A stretch of DNA of 64,000 bases from Eledone cirrhosa (GCA_964016885.1 OZ024742.1:86738001-86802000); one strand, 5' to 3'; positions 41,421 through 55,900 are shown, counted from the stretch's first letter. A program made the numbers and translations. The notes: a model not told the origin generated them from the sequence alone.

Positions 41421-41494
41421 TCTCTACCATGGTTTCTTCCTTATTTAGGACATCCAAATAATAGGAATGTCCAGAGTTAGGTTTCATCAGGAGA
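41421..41494 (-). ncRNA. Hammerhead family I
   Basis: Reverse complement: tctc-CTGATGA-aacct..ggacattc..ggatgtcc..aggaa-GAAA-ccatgg-TA-gaga. Confidence 0.8.
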
Positions 41495-41836
41495 CAAATT
41501 CAAAATCAGACATCTAGATTTTCTATCCGATCCCGCCAAATTTAGATAAAAAAATGGCTAAAAATCACTATGTAGCTGTGTTCCAGCCAGAGCGAAAGAG
41601 TGTGATTGGTTGCTTACGGCGGGTAGGCTTGCTGCTAGAAAGCGCAGCCATATATCGACAAATTTAATCTCAACGAATTGGGAGATTATTAAATATAAAG
41701 GTTATCATATACATAAAGTTAAAGATATATATATGTTGCAACTGTTCACTTTTAAGCTCTATGAAGAATTAATAAATTAAAATAAAAAAATCAGAGCATT
41801 ATATCATAAATCATGTCTTTAGAATCATCAGATATT

Positions 41837-41922
<86 letters not shown>

Positions 41923-42280
41923 TATATACATATATATCAACAATTATAAATATATATGTATATATATATACACAGTTCAAGAGTAAACAATCTTAAAGAG
42001 AGGGATGGAGATAGGAGAGGAGATATGAGAGGAGAGATTGGTGAATTAGTTAAAAGCCAAATTGTAAAGGCATGTGCTCAATGTGCAATATGCAGTAGAA
42101 AGCAACAAGGTGGCTGGGTTCATGCAGAAGTTAGGTGCGCAGAGCTGGACATATTCATTAGTTAAGCAAAGTAAGGCCACAAATTTCCCAAGGAAGATAT
42201 TATTAAAAGATTGTGAACTATTTTAGTTTGATGTAAGGAATGTAGAGAATAATAATAATAATATTAATAATAATAATGTC

Positions 42281-42402
42281 AGTTTACAATTGTTTCGCTA
42301 CTCCATATAATAATTCTGGATCAGATGGCTATATATCATAATTGATCTGGTTCAGTTGAAAATAATAAACATATTTAAAAGACAGAGCGGCTCATCGGTA
42401 CT
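42281..42402 (-). ncRNA. Hammerhead family J (U4C core, ~95-nt stem II domain)
   Basis: Reverse complement: agta-CCGATGA-gccgctct...ggagtagc-GAAA-caattg-TA-aact. Confidence 0.72.
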
Positions 42403-42421
42403 TCAAAGGAATTTAAATTAA

Positions 42422-42545
42422 AATAATTGTTTCTACGTTAGGCACAAGGCCACCAATTACCCAGTCTATTACTGGTACTTTATTTTATCGACCCCGTAAG
42501 GATGAAAGGCAAAGTTAACCTCGGCGGGATTTGAACTCAGAATGG
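42422..42545 (-). mobile_element. Partial tRNA-SINE inside the PLE pLTR
   Basis: Core and B box present. Confidence 0.8.
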
Positions 42546-44129
42546 CAATAAAAAAATTAAAATAATGAGAGAATGTTACATAATATAATGTTCCATATAT
42601 TGGTTTTTACTATGGTGTCTTGGTTGCATCAGTTGTCAGCCATAATCCAGCAGTATTCATCTGTCGAGGCTGCATTTTGTGAGATCTGCCTATGGGTAAA
42701 AAGATGGCTGCCAAAGGGCATATTTACCTTACTAATTAGAGGGTGGTTTCAGGGAAATAACTCCTCGAGAGATTAGAAATTTTGGGTGTTTATATTTAAG
42801 TGCTAATTTTTAATTTTTTTTAATTGAGAGACAATGTAGGGGAGGAAACTTATAATTATCCAAGTTATTCATAGCAATTTAACTTATTAGCTACAAGTAA
42901 ATATGGGGCTACATGACTAAGTTGGGTCAAATATTCTATTGGCGAAGGAATTGGCTCTTCGATGTTGACAGTTAATAGTTACCTCCGTTCTATCGTTAAT
43001 CGGTAGAGGTCGTGATAGAGTTCTGTAATATGCTTCCGTAATACAGAGATCACAAGATTTTCTTGTCCAATGAACGGTTGTGCCCTAGCCACAATATCTC
43101 ATTTTAGTTAGTGTTGAACGTTGTTTAATTTAATGTTTTTAATGAGCCTAGCTAGCCATGTCGAATATCTGTTGCTATGGTCTCGGAAGGAAACACATTG
43201 CGCGTTATAGCGTACCTTAAAATAGTTAGAGGTAGACCCGATGTAAGAGCTGTTATTCGAAGCAGATTTAACCGTGCACCTATAGACTATGTTGGGTGTC
43301 AGGCAGTGTTCATTTAATGGGCATGTATTGGGGTAACCGCAGTTGCAGTTGCTTCTGCGGTTAGTGGGAGTAGGGTAGTTTAACCTAAGCGGTAGGTCCG
43401 TGATAGAAGGATTAGATGGGGGAGGTGTGCTACTAGAGTAATTATTGGTGTAGTGGCGTGGTGTATTTGATAGGGTTGGTGGTACCGCGGTGTGGGAGTT
43501 ATATTGTATTAGCTTATGATGGTTACTGAACGCGATGTGGCTAGCTAGGTTGGGTGTTTTGGAGAATGATATGTTAATGTTATTTTTATTAAAGAGTTTG
43601 TAATATCTATGGTTGGGGGGAAAATGTTTAGATAGGATAGAGAAGAAGCGTTTGGGGATATTATTGGCTTAATTAGATGATAATTAGGTGTGGGGGGGGG
43701 GTAAAGCCAGGTGATATTTCTAGGTCTATTCCTTCTAGCGGTTCTAGTGGAATTGATAGGGGCCTTCCTAGGGTTATTATTACTATGGCAGTATCGGTAG
43801 AGGGTCGGACGCCAAGCTTTCCAGCATAGTTACGTCCCGTTACCCATAGGCAGATCTCACACAATGCAGCCCCGACAGATGAATACTGCTGGATTATGGC
43901 TGACAACTGATGCAACCAAGACACCATAGTAAAAACTAATATATGGAACATTATATTATGTAACTTTCTCTCATTATTTTAATTTATATTACCAGTAATG
44001 CACTGGGTATTTGCTGGCCTTGTGCCTAAAGTAGAAACACTTATTTTAATTTATATTAGATTTAATTTATATTAGATTTTCTTCGTCCATTGAACGGTTG
44101 GGCCCTAGCCACGATATCCCATTTTAGTG

Positions 44130-44316
44130 AGTGGATTGGCAGTATCGTAGAGGGTCGGACGCCATGCTTTCCAGCATAGTTATGTCCCTTTACGATCTGA
44201 GTTCAAATCCCGCCGAAGTTGACTTTGCCTTTCATCCTTACGGGGTCGATGAAATAAAGTACCAGTAATGCACTGGGTAATTGCTGGCCTTGTGGTTAAA
44301 AGTAGAAACAATTATT
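44130..44316 (+). mobile_element. Full tRNA-SINE inside the opposite PLE arm
   Basis: A box, B box, core and tail; further SINE fragments at 43783-43840 and 43989-44045. Confidence 0.85.
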
Positions 44317-44335
44317 TTAATTTATATTCCTTTAA

Positions 44336-44457
44336 AGTTCCGATGCGCCGCTCTGTCCTTTAAATATGTTAATTATTTTCAACTGAACCAGATCAATTAT
44401 GATATATAATCATCTGATCCAGAATTATTATATGGTGTAGCGAAACAATTGTAAACG
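44336..44457 (+). ncRNA. Hammerhead family J, inverted copy (A9C, decayed)
   Basis: agtt-CCGATGC-gccgctct...ggtgtagc-GAAA-caattg-TA-aacg. Confidence 0.65.
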
Positions 44458-44575
44458 GATATTATTATTATTAATATTATTATTCACTACATTCCTTACA
44501 TCAAACTAAAATATGTTGACAAACTTTTAATAATATCATCCTTGTGAAATTTGTGGTCTTGCTTTGCTTAACTAA

Positions 44576-44663
<88 letters not shown>

Positions 44664-44674
44664 CACACGCACAC

Positions 44675-44736
<62 letters not shown>

Positions 44737-45145
44737 GTGTGTGTATTTATATATATATACTTATATATATATTTATATTTATTGATATATATGTATATAT
44801 ATATATATGTATATATACATATATACATACATATATACGTACATATATATATATATATATTATATCTGTGTTTTTCTGTGTGTATGTATCCAGGTGAAAC
44901 TAGTGAGCTGGAACGTGGAAGCTGGGCCAGTTGTGTGTGTCGGAGATGGGGATTTGTTCTGTTCTTTCACTTGTGGGTACATCAGATATTTCTCTGTATA
45001 TTGAAAAAGATGAACATCTCCAACTGTGTTTTCATATTTGTTGAGATCATCATCAGAAACTGTATACATGTTATAAATTACACTAAGAAATATGCAGCTA
45101 TAGGCTTTATATACCCACCAGATTTGTATTATTCCTGTTTACATG

Positions 45146-45254
<109 letters not shown>

Positions 45255-45282
45255 GTGGTGGAGGTTATATTAAAACCATATA

Positions 45283-45985
45283 TCTTGACGTTAAAGTCAC
45301 TTATATATTATGAAATACTGTTGGCTTCTTGCTCACATTAATTCCTCTATTTTCATTTATATTTATACTCGGAATTTGTCCTAGAGTGCTTAAAATTATT
45401 TGTGACTAATCCCGGTCTTTTTTTTTTAAGCGCGATAATATTGCTACATGCTGAACTCCATACATTTTGTTGAGTTTTGTCGGAATGTTTTGACTGCTGT
45501 TTCTTGTAAACAGACATTCATCTCATTCAGACTTCATTAGCCCTGTTCTCCATCTGTGTTTAATTTCATAATTCCACACGAGGTGTACTAGCCTGCTTTT
45601 AAATTCCATTTCTGGCATATTTCAGCATTGGTTTTGGTTATCATGTTTGAGCTCTACTTATGAACGGTTCCAACCGTGACTAACCCCACTGAAAAGTTTC
45701 GTGAAATAGTCTTTTTAAGACTATATAGACCATTTGTAGTTTTTCCAAATTGAAGGATAAGTATTTAACCTTAATTTTATTCTGAGTTGAGACTATTGGT
45801 TCTTTCCCTGGATTTCACAAAATCTATGGATAAAATTTCTGTCGTGACATTTATTTAATTGAGTTTGAATTATTTTCCCATATCTTACGTAAAATATTTT
45901 CCATCTTGACGTTATAGTCACTTATATACTATGAAATACTGTTGCCTTCTTGCTCACATTAATTTCTTTATTTTAATTTATATAT
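45283..45985. repeat. ~85-bp direct repeat ~622 bp apart (probable old pLTR tandem)
   Basis: tcttgacgtta(a/t)agtcacttatata..ttcttgctcacattaatt at ~45283 and ~45905. Confidence 0.75.
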
Positions 45986-46061
45986 ATATATAAATATATA
46001 AATATATATATATAGTGAAGAAACATAAGTCAATTGCATGAACTCATATAAATCTTAATTT

Positions 46062-46117
46062 ACTGCTATATATATTTCGATGATAGCCATTTAATGGCGA
46101 TGACCTCATCAGGCAGT
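46062..46117 (-). ncRNA. Type I hammerhead family C (intact)
   Basis: Reverse complement: actgc-CTGATGA-ggt..gccatt a aatggc..atc-GAAA-tatata-TA-gcagt. Confidence 0.88.
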
Positions 46118-46737
46118 TAGTCAGTTCTTAAATATGCCAGCTCTGTGTGTATAGTGTTGTTTGTATGGTGTTGATGTTGGCAGCAGGAATAGTCTTGATT
46201 CTCATTGGTCAGTTTATAGATGGTAGAAGGTTGGCATTTGACCACAAAGAGGCAGGTGGTTATGTAAGGTTCAAACCGTCAGGCAAGATGACAATAGTTC
46301 CACATGTCTGATTTTCACAAAAGGCATTCTTGGTCAGATATATATATATAAATAAGATTAATAGTATGAAATAGATACTACAGGTCATTCTTAAATTGAG
46401 GAATTTATGTGGAGTGGTGCTACTGAAAATGATGGTTGGAGTAGAAAGTTTACAAATAAAAATGCTTATGTGGGTTAGGCTTGCACTACACTCACACCCA
46501 CCTCCACATACACCACATAGACACATCCACACATACAAAAGGTGGGGTGGTAATAATGAATATAATGGTTAGACTCCAATACTTAGATAGTTTAGAAGAT
46601 TTAGAAGTCAAAGTTTTATGCTGGTTCACTTGTACATACACTCACAGCTACCCCCTCAACCACTCACATATCTACACACACAAATCCATACAGGTGTGTC
46701 TATATATATATGCATGCATGCATGTACGTACACACAT

Positions 46738-46837
<100 letters not shown>

Positions 46838-46935
46838 TGAAATTTCCGTTGGAAACAGAAAAGGTCATAGAAATGAAGAGTGCTCTATGTAAGTATCAGA
46901 GCAAAATTTAATGTATAAAAATCAATACAATATAA

Positions 46936-47011
46936 TTACCTCATTACCAGAGGTTTCCCGAATGAGGCGAATACGAAATAAGCGACTTCATTCGTTCGTC
47001 AGACGGGGCAA
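46936..47011 (-). ncRNA. Hammerhead family K, inverted-arm copy
   Basis: Reverse complement of 50044-50119. Confidence 0.87.
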
Positions 47012-49251
47012 TATAAAACATGGGTAAATACTTAGAAAAACTCATCAAGAAAATCAAAAAAAAAATAGATAAATGAAATAGAAATTGAAATATATAAAAA
47101 TCTATCAAGAAATATAGTTAGATGTGTGTATATTTATGTATATACGCTCACAGATGTGCATATATGTATATGCGCACATGTATATGTATAGTGAGAAAGT
47201 GTGCGTAATTCTAAAATTTAGGGCAAATGTATCTATATGTCTGTATTATACAGACAGAAATGGTTACATCGTAAATATACGAACATGAAGGCGCGCGCAT
47301 AAAACGCCTGCACACTCGTACACTTAGATGCGGAAAGAAAGGAGGTAAGGGAGTGTAATAATTAAAAGAAAAGTATCAGTCTCGATATATTTATAAAAAT
47401 ATAATAACGATAAATTAGAAAGAAAAAATATTAGAAAGAAAAAATTAAAGAAAACAAAAAAAGGGGTACATACATACACAGACACGCGTGTCTCACAAAA
47501 GACATTGTAGATTTCTACCCATCCATTACTCAGACCCTTTTAGTGAAAGCTTTAAATTTCGCTAGAGGGTTCACTAATATCTCCGATATTGAAGAGAATG
47601 TCATCTTGCATGCTAGGAACACTCTACTTTTTAATGATAATGACACTTGGGTAAAAATATCTAACCCAGAGAACCCATTCGATGTCTCAATGGGCTCTTA
47701 TGACAGTGCCGAGGTTTGTGATCTGGTCGGCCTATTCCTCTTACATAAACTTAAAGAAACATTTCCTAACCATATTTTTTGGCTTTATCGCGATGATGGT
47801 CTAATACTTTCCCATACCACCATAGGCCATAACTTAGATAGATTAAGGAAAGACTTAATAAAAACCTTCGCTAGTTTTAATCTTAAAATTATTATTGACA
47901 CTAACCTTTCCACGTAGATTTCCTAGATATAAACCTAGATTTGCCTACTGCTTCTTATAAACCATACCATAAACCTAATGAAAACTTAAAATATATAAAT
48001 AAAGGATCTTGCCATCCACCTATAGTTTTTAAAAACCTTATCCCTAATATTAGCCGTAGGATCTCCACCCTCTCTTCCTCAGAAGCTATTTTTAATAAGG
48101 CATCCCCCTACTATAATAAAGCCCTCCAAAATAGCGGCTTTAGCGAACCGATTAAATACATACCTAACTACACTAACTCTATTAAACATAAAAATAGGAA
48201 AAGAAAAATAATCTGGTTCACACCCCCCTACTCTCTAGCAGTTAAAACTAATGTAGGCAAAACATTCCTAGAACTCCTAGATAAACATTTCTCTAGAACA
48301 CATAGATACTATAAGATCTTTAACAGAAACTGTCCTATATCCTCAACAAAATATCACATAGAGAAAATCAAACTTGCTCATGTAGAATCAAAAGTGAATG
48401 CCCATTACAAGGTAAATGCAACACCAAAGCCATTGTATATGCGGCTAAAGTGACAACCATCCAGCCACCAGTGAACGATATGTGGGTATGACGCAAGACA
48501 GATTCAAAACGCGTTATTACTCACATGTCGCATCCTTTCGACATCCAGAAAAAAGATTTACAACAGCTCTGGCTAGCAGAATTTTGGATTTGAAAGACCA
48601 AGGCATCCAATATAAACTAGATTGGTCAATTTTGAACCAATCTAAAAAATATGCTAGAGGAACAAGAAAATGCACGCTCTTCATAAATGAAAAATTTTGG
48701 ATATTGCAAAATCTAAAATCACCAAAGACCTGCCTGAACACAAAGACGGAAATTTTCACCAGTTGCCCACGCATGAAATCACACCTGCTTTCCAGCTCAT
48801 ATAAACTTAACACACTTTCAGATACTTATCCTCCATAAACTCTTATTATTCTCTTTTTAATTACCCTTTCTGACTTACTTTCATTTTTATCCTTGTCAAT
48901 AATTTCATTTACTTTTACTTTTACTTTTACTTCACCCCCCCCCCCCCCCCCCTTTATTCTCCGATCCACTTTCTATTTTTTACTTCCCCTTCTTTTACTT
49001 CCCTTTTTCCTCCACTAACTGATTATACTTGTCTTTTGTGTTTTTCAATCCAGATATATTTTTCATTTTCATTTTTATTTTTATTTTAATTTTATTTTTG
49101 CGCAGCCTATCTTATAATTATATATTTGTACTTATTTAGCCACAATTTGTTTACACCCTATATCAATATGGCTGAACGCCTTAATGTGTGTATACTTTTT
49201 ATATTTGTACATGAGTGACTACGTATGTGCGCGCGCGTGCGTGTATGTATA

Positions 49252-49306
<55 letters not shown>

Positions 49307-50043
49307 GTGTGTGTACATGTGTTTGTGTGTGTGTGTATGTATATATTATGCGTATGTGTACGTGTCTTTATATCCGTGTTTTTGACATCTCGGTTTTATG
49401 TTTTGTTCCTTTTTTCTTCTCCCCCCCCCCTTTTTCTTTTTTTTACTTACTCAGTTTCATACGTGGGCATGCAAACAGGTTTATATGCGTGAGTATAAGT
49501 ATGTGTGTGTGTGTATGTACGTATCGAACGTATGGATGTGTAAGTGCGCGTGTGTATATAAGCATAATTATTTTTACATTTCTTTTGTGAGACACGCGTG
49601 TCTGTGTATGTATGTACCCCTTCTTTTGTTTTCTTTAATTTTTTCTTTCTAATATTTTTTCTTTCTAATTTATCGTTATTATATTTGTATAAATATATCG
49701 AGACTGATACTTTTCTTTTAATTAAGTTTACGAGTGTGCAGGCGTTTTATGCGCGCGCCTTCATGTTCGTATATTTACGATGTAACCATTTCTGTCTGTA
49801 TAATACAGACATATTTGATACAGACATTTGCCCTAAATTTTAGAATTACGCACACTTTCTCACTATACATATACATGTGCGCATATACATATATGCACAT
49901 CTGTGAGCGTATATACATACATATACACACACCTAACTATATTTCTTCATAGATTTTTATATATTTCAATTTCTATTTCATTTATCTATATCTTTTTTTG
50001 ATTTTCTTGATGAGTTTTTCTAAGTATTTACCCATGTTTTATA

Positions 50044-50119
50044 TTGCCTCGTCTGACGAACGAATGAAGTCGCTTATTTCGTATTCGCCTCATTCGGGAA
50101 ACCTCTGGTAATGAGGTAA
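50044..50119 (+). ncRNA. Type I hammerhead family K (intact)
   Basis: ttgcctcgt-CTGACGA-a cgaatga...tcattcg g-GAAA-cc tct gg-TA-atgaggtaa. Confidence 0.9.
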
Positions 50120-50146
50120 TTATATTGTATTGATTTTTATACATTT

Positions 50147-50177
<31 letters not shown>

Positions 50178-50454
50178 TATATATATATATACAGAACATA
50201 CATATACATAAAAATATATACATACAAAAATATTAAAATAATATATATATATAAATAGAATACACACACACACAAAATATATACACACGCAAAACATACA
50301 TATATATATATATATATAAACTACACACACACATACACACATATATATCAAATATATACATACAGATACGCACACATATATAAAATATGCATACATACAC
50401 ATATAAAATATACATATATATACACATGATACATATATAGATATATATATAAAA

Positions 50455-52820
50455 TCAGGTTCAATAAAATATTGTCTAGATGACTTGTAACTGGTAGAGG
50501 ATCCGGTGGACCATCCACCATAGGGACCGCAAACCATGGGTGGTTGTTGTTGTCCATTGGTCATTGGTACGGGGTGTAGGGGACCTACGGAGGTGTGTGT
50601 GTGGGGGGGGGGGGGTGCTTGTGGGAGGGCGTAACCGGGGTTTATCCATATAGCTTGTGGAAAGTTCCCGTCCTTAGGTGTCTGCAGGCACCGAATAAGT
50701 CGGCCCTTCTGTTTAATAGCTTGGTTCCGCCATGAAGAATCTCTAGTGTCTCACTAAGACAGAGGTTGCAATAACCAGACCGGCCTCTGTCTGGGGAAAC
50801 TTTCTAACCACGGACCAGACCAGAGAGTACGGGGTCTTTTCAAGTTTGAGCTTCCAGATCAATTCAGAAAGGGCCGTACATTTCCTATTATCTATTCTGT
50901 TAAATGAATGACGATGGTTAAACTACCGAGCTTTGAAGTTCGTCGCTGTGGATACTATGTAGTGGTGCTCCAAGTTAGGGGTTGTGACCTTGCTCTTGTA
51001 GACCACGTTTTTGGTCATGCATTCATTACTAAGGCGGCATGGCGATGGGTCTCTTCAATTACATGACTTCTTAAGCCTCACCACATGTACCGCGTGGTTA
51101 GCATCACTCGGGGTTGGCTGGGTAGCCTCCGCAATCAGCACAGGGTCGTTGGGTTTCGGTGTGCTAGTTGGACCTGTCCGGGTTCCAATGCGTCCCGCGT
51201 GCTGGTTCTGTTGGGTGGCTCCGGGGTTTACGCTGGTATTAGAGGCAGTGAGCCTGTTCCTGTTTATGCCAGCTATGTGATGGGCTACGGAGTGTGTGGT
51301 TGAGTAGGAAAGTGTCACCGTGTGCCTGTTGAATATGTTATGGTGCTTATGGGCCCTAGGGAAACATATATCCAGTACTCTAAAGAATGTTCTAGCCAGG
51401 CTGGTACGTAGACCCACCGAGTACGGAGGGTTATAACATGTGATATTCCTGGTTCTTTTCTTGCGGTGATGTTGGGTGTCCGCCGTGGGCCATCGCGTGG
51501 TTGTGCATAGCTCAAGTCGAGCTCGGTTGAGGTCACTTGGGTGTGCGGAGCAGTCACTGTCATGAGGGTTATATAGGCCCATCGTGGGGCTATAAACCTG
51601 CCAGGTGCGGCCTCCCTGCTCAATTAGGATCCGGCGGGTAGTGGGGCCGGTGCAGGGGTGCCTATGCTCCGCAGCACAGTGGTCTTCAGTGTTGTAGGTA
51701 TTAGACCGGTGGGGTATGCGGGACCTTCTACCGGGTGTGGTGACGGAAAGGGGGCTGGGAGTGTTACTACCGGTCACCGAGGTATTAGGTGGGCGACACA
51801 TGCCCCTGAGGGTATTGGTCCGGGTTACCCTTGGGTCATCTCGATCATGTTCCTTGGGGTTATAGCTGATCATATCGCTGTGGGACGCCTTAGCTAGAGC
51901 TGAGTTATAGTAATCAGCGTTACTATTGACGATCTCTTTATTGGCCGACAAGTTAGAGATCCTGTCAGAGAGACTTTTAACTACGGCCTTAACTATAGAT
52001 CTAGGGTGATTAGACTCAGCGTTGATATACACCAGCTTCTTACTGCGTTTATGATATTGTTGGGTGGTGTATGTTGGTGTTGAGGTTGAGTGTGGTGTCC
52101 ACGAAATTCACTACTTTTATATTGGGTTCCATCTCTACCATAAGTCCTACCTTGCTAAAGAAGTGCCTAATTCTCCTCTTCTTATTTTCGACAATTGTGG
52201 TGCTGGGGTCCACTACGGGGAATAGTGTGTCGTCTCGGTACAGCCCGCCGCCCAGTTCGGGTATTTCTCTCCTGATCTCGTAGAGTATGTATATACCAAC
52301 CAAGTCCGTTAGCTGCGCGGAGTCACTGGAGCCCATTGTAATGTCAACATTATTTGGCCAGTCGCTCCGGGTCCATATGTCCCCACTGAATCGGATCAGG
52401 GTCTTTCTAGCGGCGTGTATGATTCGAACCTCGTCGCGTGTTAGGTCTGTCCTATTCATCGCGAATATGAGTGCCTTATTCAGGACTATGGGCGAGATAG
52501 AGGAATAGTAATTATTGATGTCTAGTTGTATGAAGCTAGTCGTATGTTTTTCAGGTAAAAAAGTAAACAAGTCCAGCACCTGGCGGGTGCAGGACCAGAG
52601 TTGTAACGTTATTTTACTCTTAAGTGTGGGCAGGATTCTATCTAAAATGCTTTTGCTAATAACGCCCATGTCTGACCGGGAAGGGGCTATCAGTCTGAGT
52701 TGCAGGTTAGACTCGAAGTTTGGTTTGTGATCCTTAATGGTAATCCTCGGCTCCTTGGTTGGTATGGGGCCGTCCTATCATCTATACCATGACCGGAAAC
52801 GATCTCATAAGCCTTGATGT

Positions 52821-52822
<2 letters not shown>
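50455..52822 (-). mobile_element. Naiad-type PLE (RT 52049-52810, linker 51055-52032, GIY-YIG ~50642-51054), frameshifted
   Basis: [52 protein letters not shown]....C.L...C..KNVVY..YI..TATNFKAR, CNLCLSE. Confidence 0.92.
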
Positions 52823-53436
<614 letters not shown>

Positions 53437-55054
53437 GGATATGTAGATAGATTGGTAGATAGATAGATAGACAGATAGATAGTCACCCAGATAGATAGAT
53501 ACATTTCCACTATAAACAAGGGGGAGTAGATAGATGGAGATGATAAAAGAAACATAAGTAAACATTAGGAAACGATATAACGTTAAAGAAAGTATTAGAC
53601 AGAAATGAAGGAAATGTTAAGAATACAGAACGGAAGATAGAACGAATGAACGCTAAGAAGAAAGAGGACATGTTAAAATCAAAGGAAATTGTGAAACACC
53701 CACAAAATAATAATAAAATGTAGGAGGCTATATCAAAGAAGAAAAGAATGTATGATTAATAGAAAGATGAACGAAAAAGGAACACAGGATAAACGAAAAA
53801 AAAAAGTTTATGGAAAAAGTAAATTGCTGATTGAAATTTAGTGAGCGATTATTGTTGAAAAAAATTAAATGAAAAAGAAAGCCAGAAATCAAAGAAAAGA
53901 AGAAAGGAGAAAGAAGATAAAGAAAAAAATGATCTATGAATTTCAGCAAATTAAATGAAACAATCTAGCTCCAATGAGTTGTTGCGAGCAAGAAATTTCT
54001 CCACGCGATTGATAATTTAAGGAGCTGCAAGGAGTGGTGTATTTGCTTGTAGTGGAAGGGTTGGAGATTCGGAAATTTTTGAAATGGTTATATGTTGCAG
54101 AGGAGATAGACGAAAAAAAAAGAAAGAAAGCAGTTTGCAATGGGGTCGATTTGAAAACACATGAAAGAAATGAATGAAAAAAAAAAAAAATATCGAATTA
54201 AAAGTGATGTGAATTGGATAGATGTAAAGATATCTCAACAAGAGTTTAGGAAATAATTTCAAAGGAAAAATCTCGGTATAAGATGAACAAATAATAGATA
54301 AAGAATCTCGAAGAGAAAGAGAAAAGGAATACGAAACAGAATTGAAATATCTGAGGATGGTGTGGCTATCTTAATTTTTTGCATTATATCTGATCAATTG
54401 TGACTCAAACTTTGGGTGGGTAATTAGAGAATGAAATGGTTTCACAAATATAGATTAGAATCACTCAGAAATATGTAGCCGGATATACATGCCTTAATCC
54501 ACCTATCCATCAAGTGCCTCCATATTTCCCTTCATAGATAAAAGTTTATGAATATGTGTGCGTACGTGTGTGTGTGCGCTTGTGCTTCTGTGTATTTCGC
54601 TTATATCTGTGCGTGTGTATGCATACGCACGAGGGATTTCTCAAATACATATGCCCCTTGAGAAGACAACGATAATTACGCATTAGTGGGCAATACAACT
54701 TAATTGAAAGCAATTCATTTCATTTCGTTTCACTATAGTTCAACTTAGTTATAATAAACATCACCAAATGTATTGATGACGTTATTTACAATCACTACTT
54801 GCTGCAATATCACTTAGGGGTATGGTAAGCAAACTGTCACTACACTAAATTAAGGTTTGCTAGGCATTACTTGCGGAAGGGTCGTTATCGATACGTTTCC
54901 GAGATCGGCACAATTTTGATCGTTCATATTTCATGTATTCTACGGCATGTTGACGAATGAAAGAAAGATATGTGCACTAAGAAAATTCTAGAGTGACATC
55001 GGAATTAAAAGAAGGGATGACTCTAGTGTTTATCACTTAATCAAAGGGCTGAAC

Positions 55055-55900
55055 ACCTATGAATGATTAGAAAACTCCCACAACGCATCAAAAAAGAATT
55101 CGTGATAGAGGGACTCAAATTTATCTTGGAGAACAATTACTTCGTTTTCAATAACAAACCCTACAGGCAGAAATCTGGGACCGCTATGGGAACGAAAACA
55201 GCCCCTACTTATGCCAACCTAGTCATGGGATACCTGGAAATCACCATTCTACACTAAAGTCCTAAACAAATTTGGAAACACCCTCCACTTACACATTGAA
55301 AGCGATATCTAGATGACTGCTTCATCCTTTGGCACGAAAACATCGAAAAACTTAAAGAATTTCACACCCTTATAAATGGGCTCAACACAAATATTAACTT
55401 CACAATGGAATACAGCCATCAACAACTCCCCTTCCTCGACATCCTCATTAAGATCCATAACAAAAAAATAGAAACAGACATATACTACAAGCCCACAGAC
55501 TCCAAGCAATATCTCCCCTTCAACTCTTGCCACCCTAGACACGTTAAAATTAATATTCCCTACAACTTAGCCAAGAGAATCTGTACTATAGTCTCCAATA
55601 AAAACATCTGCTACTTACGGCTACAAGAACTAAAGGACACACTCATAGGCAGGGACTACCCTGCATCACTAATTGACAATGGAATCCAACGTGCCCTAAA
55701 ACTCAGTACCCAGGACCTTAGACACCCTAAAGTAAATCAACCAAAACTAAAAGCTCTTCCATACATCTCCACACACAACCCTCTCAACAATGAGGCCCTT
55801 GACACCATCCTCCAGAACATCCCTGTATTGAAAAAGGACCATAGAATGAACCAAATTCTACGAACACACGATATCATAAAGAGCAAAAGAGAATCCAAGT
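55055..55900 (+). mobile_element. PLE RT/thumb fragment
   Basis: FILENNYFVFN..YRQKSGTAMGTKTAPTYANLVMG; RYLDDCF; LPFLDI..TDIYYKPTDSKQYL..SCHPRH. Confidence 0.9.

Larger units (their letters stand above)
42153..44580 (-). mobile_element. Naiad-type PLE 3' fragment with inverted pLTR arms that each contain SINE sequence
   Basis: Minus strand CNCG..TCPLNEHCLTPNIVYRCTV..SYIGSTSNYFKVRYN at ~43200-43350; 42153-42700 is inverted relative to 43840-44580. Confidence 0.85.

Noticed and set aside
41980-42150. CAQCAIC motif suggesting a Gypsy integrase Zn finger
   Set aside because: Too short, with no supporting RT, RNase H or integrase core nearby.
45495-45830. HHR-like fragments (ctaatga..gaaacagcagtc on minus; cca-ctgaaaa..gtgaaat/atttcac-aaaa on plus)
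   Set aside because: Multiple core mismatches and the stems do not all close; at best a dead relic.
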